From positions 4,625 through 68,624 of IMG/VR virus record IMGVR_UViG_2866783905_000002: a stretch of 64,000 bases of DNA; one strand, given 5' to 3'. Below the pieces are notes generated by a model, which saw only the letters and a program-made list of their open reading frames with translations, had not been told where the DNA came from and ran no database searches. A program made the translations under genes and the position numbers. Shown piece after piece: positions 55,320-63,776 of this stretch; position 1 is the stretch's first letter, and every line of letters begins with the position of its first letter. The DNA comes from a virus (Duplodnaviria > Caudoviricetes).

Positions 55320-55344
55320 TCGCACGGGTGTTCGGGACTAGGAT
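55320..55344 (+). promoter_or_regulatory. Degenerate LexA box plus TAGGAT -10 for leaderless gene
   Basis: TCGCAC-GGGT-GTTCGG; TAGGAT 55339-55344; GTG at 55351. Confidence 0.45.
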
Positions 55345-55350
55345 GCGCGC

Positions 55351-55650
55351 GTGGCCGACTACGACATCCCCGACGACTTGCTGCAGCTCAAGGTGGACTT
55401 TCTCGCCGCTATGGCTCGCTGTGAGGAGATCGCAAAGCGGTTGCCGTCCGCGGTGGCGGTGCTCGCGCAGGAGGCCGAGCCTGATCCGGCGCTGCAGGCG
55501 GAGTATGACCAGGAGCGCGCCCGGCGACTCGACATCGTGGTGCGGATTTATCGGCACCCGTGGTGGGAGACGGTGAAGGAGACCCGGCATCAGGCGGATA
55601 TGGCGTTGCTGGCCGCGGCCAAGGAGGCGCTCGCGCGTCAGGAGTCTTGA
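55351..55650 (+). CDS. Hypothetical protein
   Basis: IPDDLLQLK...HPWW motif; promoter-like site upstream. Confidence 0.65.
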   Translation: MADYDIPDDLLQLKVDFLAAMARCEEIAKRLPSAVAVLAQEAEPDPALQAEYDQERARRLDIVVRIYRHPWWETVKETRHQADMALLAAAKEALARQES

Positions 55651-55845
55651 CCGTTGGTGGCGTCCGCTGCCGGCCCGGTCAGTCCTTCGGGTGGCTGCTC
55701 GTCCTGCGCGAGGAGGTAGGCGAGGCGCTCCTCCGGAGTCATGTCCACCCATACGGGGCGTAGGACGGGGTCTTCCTCGGGGGGTACGTCGCTCATGGGC
55801 GCCATCTTCGCGTGAGGGTGTGATCGCTGGCAGGCCGTTGGGCGA

Positions 55846-56052
55846 TCAGCGTGGGGCCCCTGGTTGGGCCGGGAAATCCACCACTTCCACCAGGTCGGCG
55901 AGGTCGACGTGCCGGGTGACTTGGGCGATGGTTGCGCAGTAGCCGAGCAGGTAGCGGCGGCCGTTCGTCTTCTGGGTCACCTTGAAGCGCTGCCTGTCGT
56001 TGAGGGTGATCACCTCTATGGTGATGCCTCGGGGTCCGCGCCAGCAGTGCAT
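55846..56052 (-). CDS. Small hypothetical protein
   Basis: GITIEVITLNDR...HVDLADLVEV. Confidence 0.55.
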   Translation of the reverse strand: MHCWRGPRGITIEVITLNDRQRFKVTQKTNGRRYLLGYCATIAQVTRHVDLADLVEVVDFPAQPGAPR

Positions 56053-56154
56053 GGCAGCAGGCTAACGCCGAATCGGACAAAACGGCATAGTCTGGACATG
56101 CGAAAGCCCCGGCCCGCGGGGAAGCGCGGTCGGGGCTCTCACGTGCTGATCAGG

Positions 56155-56445
56155 TCAGCCCAGCGACGGTGCCAAGCCGTAGTGCGCCCTCACTGTGTCG
56201 GCCACGCGCACCACCGGGTTGTCGTCTTCCGGACCGTCGCCGGGCCAGCCGCAGTCGAACGTCTTGTCGATCACATCCTTGGCGTCGAGGTGCCTGTACT
56301 CGGGCCGCTGGAGAAGTTGGTCCAACTCGGAGGTGAGCTCCTCCGCGATGACTTCGGTGTACTTCGCGCACACGCGCAGGCCGGCGAGCACAGCCTCATG
56401 CTTGGCGTTGTGGTACGGGGTGTCGGGCCGGTTCTTCAGAACCAT
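56155..56445 (-). CDS. Hypothetical protein
   Basis: RBS GGAGG; followed by hairpin. Confidence 0.6.
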   Translation of the reverse strand: MVLKNRPDTPYHNAKHEAVLAGLRVCAKYTEVIAEELTSELDQLLQRPEYRHLDAKDVIDKTFDCGWPGDGPEDDNPVVRVADTVRAHYGLAPSLG

Positions 56446-56520
56446 GATTTCCTCCGGGTGATGAGCGGGGTTTCGATCTCGAAAGGGTTAAGAGGGCGTG
56501 GCGCTTGCTGGCGGGAGTGG

Positions 56521-56805
56521 TCACGCTTGAGCGGCCGGGGCGTACCTGTCGATGTCCTTCACGGCCTCGATGAGGGCGCCGTCGATGTTCTCAGCGATCG
56601 TGTGAAGCTCGCTCGCGGTGATGTGCGGCATCGATGCGCGCACGGTGGCCAGCATGGAATCCATCGCCGTCTTCATCGCGTCCACGGCCTTGGCGGCGGC
56701 TTTCACTTTGGCTGCCTTCGCGTCCGGCTGCTCCAGGCCGACCTCGTAGAGGTGGTCCATTGCTGCGCTGAACCTTTTGACAGCGTCCTGGATGTTCTGG
56801 GTCAT
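56521..56805 (-). CDS. Hypothetical helical protein
   Basis: RBS AAGGA. Confidence 0.6.
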   Translation of the reverse strand: MTQNIQDAVKRFSAAMDHLYEVGLEQPDAKAAKVKAAAKAVDAMKTAMDSMLATVRASMPHITASELHTIAENIDGALIEAVKDIDRYAPAAQA

Positions 56806-56898
56806 GATCGGTTTCCTTCGGATTGGCGCGGATGGAGCTGGCTGCTCCGGGCACCCGCCACGGCCCCCGCGGTCGTGGCGAGCACCCGCAACAGCCGC

Positions 56899-57138
56899 TC
56901 ACCTCTGGCGTTCGACCCCGGCTGCGTCCAGCCATTGCTGGCCCTGCCTGCCGGCCAGTACCGCGGCTGGAGCTGACGCCACCTCCAGGGCTGTCGACGC
57001 GAACGAGGTGTGGGCTTCCGCCGCCGCGGCGAGGGCTGAGACCTTTGCCCAATCGCTTTCGCGGCGGGCCTTGGCGAGCTCGTCGAGGCAGTCCGCCGCC
57101 TCGCTGAGGTGCTCGGGTCCGGTCATTCGTCTAGCCAT
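56899..57138 (-). CDS. Hypothetical protein
   Basis: MARRMTGPEHLSEAA...ALAAAAEAHT; RBS GGAGG. Confidence 0.55.
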   Translation of the reverse strand: MARRMTGPEHLSEAADCLDELAKARRESDWAKVSALAAAAEAHTSFASTALEVASAPAAVLAGRQGQQWLDAAGVERQR

Positions 57139-57149
57139 GGGAAGGCCTC

Positions 57150-59084
57150 CTAGGACTCGTTGGGAACCATCTGGTAGACGTCGCCCTTCTGGCGGGCGAC
57201 GCCGGCCTTGGTGAGGGCACGGAGGGCGGCAGGGATCTCCGAGAGGGGCACGTTCTCGCCGATCTGCTGGCGGACGGCGGCGCACACCTTGCCGACCTCC
57301 ATCGGCCCGTTCAGCAACGCCTTCTCGACCGCGGCCTGTACGTCGCCAGACGTCGGCTGGGACGTCTTGGACTCTGAGTGTGCGGGCTTCGTCTGCCGCG
57401 GGTCACGACCGCGCGTCTTGTGGTGGCGGTACTCGTCCATCCAGGCGAGCGTCCGTTCCCCAAGCTGGCCCGCCGCGGGAGTGGAGGCGATACCGAACGC
57501 GTCACGCACGGGCATCATGCGCGCCGTGGCGCCCGGCCGGCGGTCGACGCCAGTCAGGTAGCCGAGGCCGTGAGTTTTGCTGCCGTCCCGGAAGTACTCG
57601 GGAAGCTTGGACGGGTCCGAGGGCAGGCCGACCATGCCGTGGTCCTGCGACGAGCCTGTACGGAGCGCTGTGAGGCTGCCGCCGGACAGCAGGTTGGAAC
57701 GGAACGACTGCTTGTTGAAGAAGTTGTCCAGGCCCAGGTTCTGGTTGACCACGAGCAGGCCGCCGCCGGCCTTACGCCAGGTACGGACCCCAGTGGACAG
57801 CAGCTCGTAGCCGAGGGCGCCGAACGGGCCGTCGAGGAACAGCTTCAGCTCCTCGACGCAGACCAGGATCATCGTCATGCCGTTCAGGTCCGGGTCGCCC
57901 GGCAGCAGGTACGGCTTGCCCTTGCGCTCGCGACCCAGGTCATCGACCCAGGGGGCATGTGCCACGTAGTGGGCGCGCTTGGCCATGACGAAGTCGAACA
58001 TCTGCAGGTTCTCGTACGTCGCCTCGTGCCCTTCCCCGTAGATGGGGGTGCGGCCGGACCAGTCCGGCTGAGAGCTGCCATCCTGCGGGTCGAGCAGCGC
58101 CGTGGCGATGAGCGGGCACCGGTGGGCGAGGGCAAGCAGAGCGGACACGTGCGCGGACTTACCGGAGCCGGTGTCGCCTGCGACGACGCCCATCTGCGCG
58201 CCACCGGACGGCGTCCAGAACTGCCGGCGGGCGGGCTGCAGGTCGAAGAACGTGCCGACTCTGGCGATGCCCGTTTTGGGGTCGATTGCGGCGCCGGAGT
58301 CTTCCAGCCAGATGGTTTCCTGCAGGTTGGATTCGGACCGGATGACGGTCACTCGTGCGCGGGAGGCGTCCCCGTCGCCGCAATCCTCGACGGCGACCCG
58401 CGAGGGGTGCACCTGGTTAGCCGACGCGATTGTCTCCACAGCCGCAGGCAGGATCATCTGCGAAAACCGGGTGGTGCCGGGCTCGCCGACGATGATGCCG
58501 GTGTAACCGTTCGGGACGGGCTCGACCTGCTCCAGCGCGGTCACCTTGAACGCTTGCGGGCTGGAGTTCGGGGCGACCCGCTCCTGCCACAGCGCCACCT
58601 CGGGCGCCACTGCGGCGGTTTTCTGCTGCGCGGGCTGGTCCTTCGCCGCGGGAGCGACCTTGGGGCGGGGGCGGCGCAGCACGCCCAACACGTACGGCAC
58701 CGAGAGGATGATGCCGGCGATCCACAGCAGGAGCGCCACCCATCCGTACGGGCCGAACAGGCTCGCCGCCGCTGCCCACAGCACACCGGCCGCGACGTTG
58801 ACGATCGGCAGGTCCTGGCCGCGTCGTTCGGCGTTGCCGAGCACGACAACGGCGGTGGCGGTGATGACGCCGACGCGGATCAGCGGATGCGCCTCAAGGG
58901 CGTCGGCCGCCCACGCGGTCGTGTGGAGGGTGGCCAGCCACGCCACGGGCTGCAGCAGCGCGAGCTTGCCCCGCTCGTGGTGAGCGACCCGGCGGGCGGT
59001 GCGCAGCACGGCGTCGGCCCGGTTCGGCTGGGCCTGAGGGCTCGCGTCCGCGGCTGGTGCGGTCACCGTGTCGTGACTGGACAT
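57150..59084 (-). CDS. traB: FtsK/SpoIIIE-family DNA translocase, TraB/TraSA-like conjugative transfer protein
   Basis: N-terminal TM segments; Walker A AGDTGSGKS; LLDPQ; Walker B-like LVCVEE; RTWRKAGG; C-terminal winged helix (ALRALTKAGVA...GDVY). Confidence 0.82.
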   Translation of the reverse strand: MSSHDTVTAPAADASPQAQPNRADAVLRTARRVAHHERGKLALLQPVAWLATLHTTAWAADALEAHPLIRVGVITATAVVVLGNAERRGQDLPIVNVAAGVLWAAAASLFGPYGWVALLLWIAGIILSVPYVLGVLRRPRPKVAPAAKDQPAQQKTAAVAPEVALWQERVAPNSSPQAFKVTALEQVEPVPNGYTGIIVGEPGTTRFSQMILPAAVETIASANQVHPSRVAVEDCGDGDASRARVTVIRSESNLQETIWLEDSGAAIDPKTGIARVGTFFDLQPARRQFWTPSGGAQMGVVAGDTGSGKSAHVSALLALAHRCPLIATALLDPQDGSSQPDWSGRTPIYGEGHEATYENLQMFDFVMAKRAHYVAHAPWVDDLGRERKGKPYLLPGDPDLNGMTMILVCVEELKLFLDGPFGALGYELLSTGVRTWRKAGGGLLVVNQNLGLDNFFNKQSFRSNLLSGGSLTALRTGSSQDHGMVGLPSDPSKLPEYFRDGSKTHGLGYLTGVDRRPGATARMMPVRDAFGIASTPAAGQLGERTLAWMDEYRHHKTRGRDPRQTKPAHSESKTSQPTSGDVQAAVEKALLNGPMEVGKVCAAVRQQIGENVPLSEIPAALRALTKAGVARQKGDVYQMVPNES

Positions 59085-59103
59085 GGGGTTTCTCCTCGGA
59101 GGG

Positions 59104-59853
59104 TTAGTTGTTCGCGACTTCGAGGGCGCGGTTGGCGATGCGCTCCGCAACGCCAGCGGCCTGGTTGAGCAGGTCCTGCAGCTGGGCCGTCTCGCCGAGC
59201 AGGTCGGAGTTCTCGTTGAGGATTTCCGCCATGGAGGCGGCGAGGTTCTCGCTGCCGCTCATCTGGTTCCGCAGCTCCTGCGCGAACTCCTGGTGGGCGG
59301 TGGCGTAGCTGGTCAGGCCTGTGGCCTCGGTCTGCATCTCGGTTCCTTCCTGGACGGGTTCCGCCTCCGGGCTGGGGGCGGGTTCGGGTTGCGGCTTGCT
59401 GTCGTCGGCCGGTTCGGGCTGAGAGGTAGGCTTCTGCGCTTCGGGCGCGGGCTGGTCAGTCGCAGGCGGCGGGGCGGGCTGGTCGTCGCGCTTGACGACG
59501 ACCGCCTCGATCACCTCGCCGTCGACGGGCTGGGAGTCCTTCCACTGCCGGTAGCGGTCTCGGCCGCCATCCCACGCTGACCGGCGGATGCGGTTCGCCG
59601 CGGCGATGGTCTTGCACGCGCCGTACGTGGCGGCGAGACCCCATGACGCCCACCGGCGAGGGTTGATCGCGCGGGGGTTGCCTGCGCGGAGCTTCTGCTG
59701 GGCGAAGGTGTAGCCGTCACGGAACTCGCGGACGGCCTGGCTCTTGCCGGCCTCCCACGCGCCTGAGGCGGCGGCTCTGGCGTCGGGGCGGCGCCACAGG
59801 ACGCCGCCGCACACGATCGCCGCGATGAGCAAGGAGAGGAGGAAGATGCTCAT
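59104..59853 (-). CDS. Transfer-module protein (N-terminal TM, Pro-rich linker, helical C-terminus)
   Basis: Directly upstream of traB-like gene. Confidence 0.6.
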   Translation of the reverse strand: MSIFLLSLLIAAIVCGGVLWRRPDARAAASGAWEAGKSQAVREFRDGYTFAQQKLRAGNPRAINPRRWASWGLAATYGACKTIAAANRIRRSAWDGGRDRYRQWKDSQPVDGEVIEAVVVKRDDQPAPPPATDQPAPEAQKPTSQPEPADDSKPQPEPAPSPEAEPVQEGTEMQTEATGLTSYATAHQEFAQELRNQMSGSENLAASMAEILNENSDLLGETAQLQDLLNQAAGVAERIANRALEVANN

Positions 59854-60251
59854 CGCGTGTCCACACGCGAGGTCAGGGTCTGAACGTTCGTCTCCACCAG
59901 GTCAGCCACGTAGCCGAAGGTGGTGTCCCCGGTGAACAGGACGATGGTCAGCAACGCCGGCAGAGCGAACAGGTTCCACGGCTTGTCGAGCTTCTTGTCG
60001 GACAGGTCCGCGGCGGTGGCGATGCCGAAGCCGCTCCCCAGGATGAGGGCGATGCTGCCGACGATCAGAGTGGCGACCATGCCTGCACCTGCGGCGAGTT
60101 GGGCGACCCACGCGGCGATACCCACCAGGCCCAGCCCTGCCAGGAACATGAGGGCGCCCATGACGGGCCACCACTTGTCGCGCTTCTTGAGCTGGAGCGC
60201 GGAGTAGAGGAACACGGCGGTGGCGACCAGGCCGCCAAGGATGAGACCCAT
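59850..60251 (-). CDS. Multi-TM membrane protein (Spd-like)
   Basis: Four hydrophobic segments; in traB operon. Confidence 0.6.
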   Translation of the reverse strand: MGLILGGLVATAVFLYSALQLKKRDKWWPVMGALMFLAGLGLVGIAAWVAQLAAGAGMVATLIVGSIALILGSGFGIATAADLSDKKLDKPWNLFALPALLTIVLFTGDTTFGYVADLVETNVQTLTSRVDTR

Positions 60252-60262
60252 GGTTGGTCCTT

Positions 60263-60700
60263 TCAGAGGAAGAGGGCGATGAAGGCGATGAGCAGGCCGG
60301 TGCCAGCCAGCAGGCTCGGATAGCTGATGATCAGGAGGAGGAGGTGCGCCACGGCGCTGACCGCGATGACGGGGGCGCCGTAGATGGCGTACGGGATGCG
60401 CAGGATCAGCGCGTCCTTGATGTACGGCTTCGGATCAGTCCAGAACTGGCGGGCCAGATCCGCGACCGGGCGGGGGCGCATCCCGAGGAGGCCGTCGCCG
60501 ATCCACGCGGCACGCCACCCGTCGGCAGTCCGCTCCAGCGCCGGCCGTACGGCCAGGGCCAGCGCCAGAGAACGCTTCTGATCGGCGGCCGACTCCTCAA
60601 CAGGCGCGGGCACAGAGTGGGGAAACAGCACCACCTCGGCCGGCTTCTCCGCAGGCGCCTCGCCTGGCAGGTCCAGCTGGAACAGGTCACGCGCTGGCAC
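60263..60700 (-). CDS. Membrane protein (Spd-like)
   Basis: C-terminal two TM segments; in traB operon. Confidence 0.55.
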   Translation of the reverse strand: MPARDLFQLDLPGEAPAEKPAEVVLFPHSVPAPVEESAADQKRSLALALAVRPALERTADGWRAAWIGDGLLGMRPRPVADLARQFWTDPKPYIKDALILRIPYAIYGAPVIAVSAVAHLLLLIISYPSLLAGTGLLIAFIALFL

Positions 60701-60959
60701 GGGACTTACCTCCTCTCTGCGACATCAGATGGGCGTGGTGCTTGGCGTTGAGTCCGGACGCGAACGACATGAGCTGGTTCGCGAGGGTGAGTCCCTGCTC
60801 GTGCGCTTTCGCCGCGTCCCGGCGGTCCAAGTGCTTGAGCTCGGCTACCGCCCACCAGGCCGCCCACCAGAACCGCATGACGCCGTTCTTCTCGCGGGCG
60901 ATGCGGTTCTCGTGGAAGGTGCGGCGGGTCTGAGGGCCGGTCTGGCGCTTCTGCGACAA
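60687..60959 (-). CDS. Hypothetical protein
   Basis: RBS GGAGGAG before TTG 60959. Confidence 0.55.
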   Translation of the reverse strand: MSQKRQTGPQTRRTFHENRIAREKNGVMRFWWAAWWAVAELKHLDRRDAAKAHEQGLTLANQLMSFASGLNAKHHAHLMSQRGGKSRASA

Positions 60960-61010
60960 GGGGACTCCTCCGTTGCGGATAGTGAGGTTGACAAGGGCGG
61001 TTATACTCGC

Positions 61011-61054
61011 GCGCGTAACGCTTCTGTGCGCGTTACGTAACGCTTCTGCGTTAG
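61011..61054. repeat. Nested palindrome / 13-bp direct repeat cluster (operator or cis-transfer-like)
   Basis: CGTAACGCTTCTG at 61014 and 61036; CGTAACGC-N8-GCGTTACG; TAACGC-TTCT-GCGTTA. Confidence 0.55.
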
Positions 61055-61130
61055 GGGGCCTCTCGGCAGGGTTCGGCCGGCTCGCAGGACGTCTCTCCAT
61101 GGCTTGCCGATCGGTTACGGGTTGTGACCA

Positions 61131-61538
61131 TCACGAGGTCACCTCCAACAACCAGCCGTCGAGATCGATCAGGTCCTTCTCGCGGCCGAGGGGCACCAGC
61201 CGGAAGGTGGCGTCGATGAACGCCTCCAACTTCACCCGCTCGGCGTACAGCTCCTGGCGGCGGCCGTTGAGGGGCAGTGTGAGAGTGATGTAGTCGCTGT
61301 CGACGATGTGCGGCTCGATCCGCACTGCGCCGTCGCCGGTCGGCTTCTCCAGGCCGTCGATGAGCAGCGCCCTGCCGAACAGGACCTTGGTCACGTGGCG
61401 GCCGTCGCCGCGCGGGAGCACGAGCTCAACGGCGAACGGATCTGACAGCCGGTAGACGAGCGAGGCCGCGTACGGCTGTTCGTCGTGGCGGTCCGCCACC
61501 CACAAGATGGCTGGCCGGTGCACGAAGTTGGTCTTCAC
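61131..61538 (-). CDS. SsgA-like sporulation/cell-division protein (SALP)
   Basis: ASLVYRLSDPFAVEL...FGRALLIDGL..PTGDGAVRIEP...LEAFIDATFRLVPLGRE...DLDGWL. Confidence 0.88.
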   Translation of the reverse strand: MKTNFVHRPAILWVADRHDEQPYAASLVYRLSDPFAVELVLPRGDGRHVTKVLFGRALLIDGLEKPTGDGAVRIEPHIVDSDYITLTLPLNGRRQELYAERVKLEAFIDATFRLVPLGREKDLIDLDGWLLEVTS

Positions 61539-62746
61539 GCCGACACCTCCGCCGGCTCCGAAGCGTCCGAGTCGGCGACCGATCTGGTCGGTGCGATGAC
61601 CGTTCCGTCTTGTTCGAACGTGTAGCCCTGAGCGGTCATCCGCTTCTGCACTTCCTGGACGCGCTTGAGAGCCCAGGTTTCGCTGAATCGGAACCGCTCC
61701 GCGACTTCGGTTTTCGAGGGGCGCCGACCTTCACCGTTTCTGCCACGGCACCTTGCACGGATCCACTCGCGGGCCTCGCGATTGTCCTGCTCGTCGGGCC
61801 TTTCGCGGTCGCCGTCGGAGTCGCCGTCTCGGTCGCGGGTTCGGTCGCCGAAATCGGTGTCGTCGGCGACCGTGAGCGCGACCGGTTGCGCGACCGTCAG
61901 GGGGGTGGCCGGAGCGACCATCGCCGGTCGCGTGATCGGTCGCGTCTCGGTCGCGTCGGCGGCCGGGGAAGCGACCGCCGGCGCGACCGAAGTTGTCGGC
62001 TCGCTGCTCTCCACGCCACGCATGCGGCGGGTCGTCCACGCCCTCAGTTCGGCGAGCGCCTGAGAGCCGGTGTCCGGCTCGGCGGGTTCGGTGGCGGCGT
62101 GTGCTTCCGCGATCGCCTTCGCCCGCTCGACCGCTTCAGCGGTAGCACCGTCGATGGCCGCGGCCCGTACGGCGGCGGCGTGGTACGCCTTGTGTACGGC
62201 GAGGGTGATCTGGTGCTTCAGCGTCGTGACGGCTTCGGCCGCGCAGAACACCATGATCGGCGGCACGGAGTGGAGCAGGATCAACGCCGGGTCCAGGACC
62301 GTCCACGCCGACCACGTGTTCATCGCGTACGTGAGCGCGAGCGCCGTCCACTTGGTGCGGCGGATCCACCGGCCGGCCTTGATCCGCTGTCGGGCGATGA
62401 TCTGCTCGCCGAGGAGGACGCCGACGAGGACGAGGGACACCATGGGGTCGAGCAGCCAGGCGATCCACCACCCGATCTCTTCCTGGGTGCTGCCCTGGGC
62501 GGCGAACGACTGGACGTTCGCCATCGTGAACGCCAGCCCGAGGATGAGCCCGGTCCAGATCAGCCGGTCGACGCGGGTCCGCAGCCGCTCGATGCGGAGG
62601 GCGACCACGTCCGGGTCGGTGTCGTAGGCGCGCACGTCGGCAGCGGCTTTCGCCGCGGCGGCGAGCTTCTGCGCCCGCGTTGGGCGGCGCCGCTTGGCCC
62701 AGTCGTTGACCGGGCGGTCCGGCGGGCCGTGCTGGCTACTGTTCAT
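61535..62746 (-). CDS. SpdA/DUF2637-like spread/transfer membrane protein with C-terminal HTH
   Basis: AFTMANV...AWLLDPMV...MNTW...LHSVPP...AEA; four TM; C-terminal helical motif. Confidence 0.7.
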   Translation of the reverse strand: MNSSQHGPPDRPVNDWAKRRRPTRAQKLAAAAKAAADVRAYDTDPDVVALRIERLRTRVDRLIWTGLILGLAFTMANVQSFAAQGSTQEEIGWWIAWLLDPMVSLVLVGVLLGEQIIARQRIKAGRWIRRTKWTALALTYAMNTWSAWTVLDPALILLHSVPPIMVFCAAEAVTTLKHQITLAVHKAYHAAAVRAAAIDGATAEAVERAKAIAEAHAATEPAEPDTGSQALAELRAWTTRRMRGVESSEPTTSVAPAVASPAADATETRPITRPAMVAPATPLTVAQPVALTVADDTDFGDRTRDRDGDSDGDRERPDEQDNREAREWIRARCRGRNGEGRRPSKTEVAERFRFSETWALKRVQEVQKRMTAQGYTFEQDGTVIAPTRSVADSDASEPAEVSA

Positions 62747-62941
62747 CGCTCCGGTTCCAATCAGGGGAAGGTCGGTCGTTGGCGCCCGCCCGGGACTCGC
62801 ACGCCGGGTGTCTGCTGGCCGGTCTGGGGTGGTGCCCCGTCCGCGGGGCTCTGTGGGTGGATTCCGCCCACGGACGGGGAGTGGTGTCGCCCGGCTGCCG
62901 AGCCGCAGGGTTACCGCGGTGGGATGCGGCAGCCGGGCAAG

Positions 62942-63088
62942 TCATCGCGAGCCTCGCCGTGGGCTGCAGGTGGCGCAGGTGCATCCGTTCCTGACCAGGT
63001 TGGGGCGGTCGGACGGGCGCATCGCGGTGCACGCCTTCATCGCCTGGTCGAGGGTGGCGAGTGTCGCCTTGATCTGGTCGGCGGTCAT
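62942..63088 (-). CDS. Small Cys-containing hypothetical protein
   Basis: RBS GGAGG; GCTCATC. Confidence 0.45.
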   Translation of the reverse strand: MTADQIKATLATLDQAMKACTAMRPSDRPNLVRNGCTCATCSPRRGSR

Positions 63089-63471
63089 CGGGCCACCTCC
63101 TGGGAGGTCTGCTCGTGACGGATCTGCACATCGGCGATCCGCCCGCGGATGGCCGCAGCGATAGGCCGCGGCACTGCCCGGCACATGCCGGCGTGGTCGT
63201 TGGCGTCCTCGCGGGCTTCCTGCTCACGGCGGAACCCGGGGTCGTGGTAGGTGTCGCCCTCACGTCCGTAGGAGCCGCAACCGTGGCAGCGCCAGTTGTA
63301 GCCGTCGATCTCGTACGGCTTGCTGGCCCCGTACGGGGCGCCCCTGTGGTCGAAGGTGGTGGTGAACCGCTGGCGGTCCAGGTCGACCATGGCGCCGCCG
63401 AGAGTGACGAAGCGGGCGACGAGGGTCGTGGGCCAGTCCTCAGCCTGCTCGGCTGCTCTCCGGCGGATCAT
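63085..63471 (-). CDS. Hypothetical protein with zinc motif
   Basis: WRCHGC...ANDHAGMCRA; coupled. Confidence 0.6.
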   Translation of the reverse strand: MIRRRAAEQAEDWPTTLVARFVTLGGAMVDLDRQRFTTTFDHRGAPYGASKPYEIDGYNWRCHGCGSYGREGDTYHDPGFRREQEAREDANDHAGMCRAVPRPIAAAIRGRIADVQIRHEQTSQEVAR

Positions 63472-63776
63472 CGGGCCACCGCCTGACGGGGCACGTACGA
63501 GCGGAGGTCGATGACGTCCGCCGGCATCGGCAGGCCGGCCTCGTGGCGGACGGCGGCGACCCGCTGCAGGATCGACAGCGCCCCCTGGAACAAGGCGTCC
63601 GTTTCGGTGACGATCCGCTGCTGCTTCTCGCTCGTGAGAGAGACGACGTTAGGGCCGTGTGACATCATGGTGAGCGTCCTTCCGTAACCGGACCGGTGAT
63701 GGGGGACACGCGAGTGGGCGGCTTCGTCTTGGCGGATGAGGGCCGCCCTTCGCATGTCTTGGGGGATCGCGTTCAT
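63468..63776 (-). CDS. Hypothetical protein
   Basis: Coupled start/stop overlaps. Confidence 0.55.
   Translation of the reverse strand: MNAIPQDMRRAALIRQDEAAHSRVPHHRSGYGRTLTMMSHGPNVVSLTSEKQQRIVTETDALFQGALSILQRVAAVRHEAGLPMPADVIDLRSYVPRQAVAR

Noticed and set aside
55846-56052. Transposase-like call for the small ORF
   Set aside because: Only 68 aa, with no DDE or HUH motif and no terminal inverted repeats.
60988-61007. TTGACA...TATACT as a sigma70 promoter
   Set aside because: Only 8 bp between the hexamers, and it points against the operon direction.
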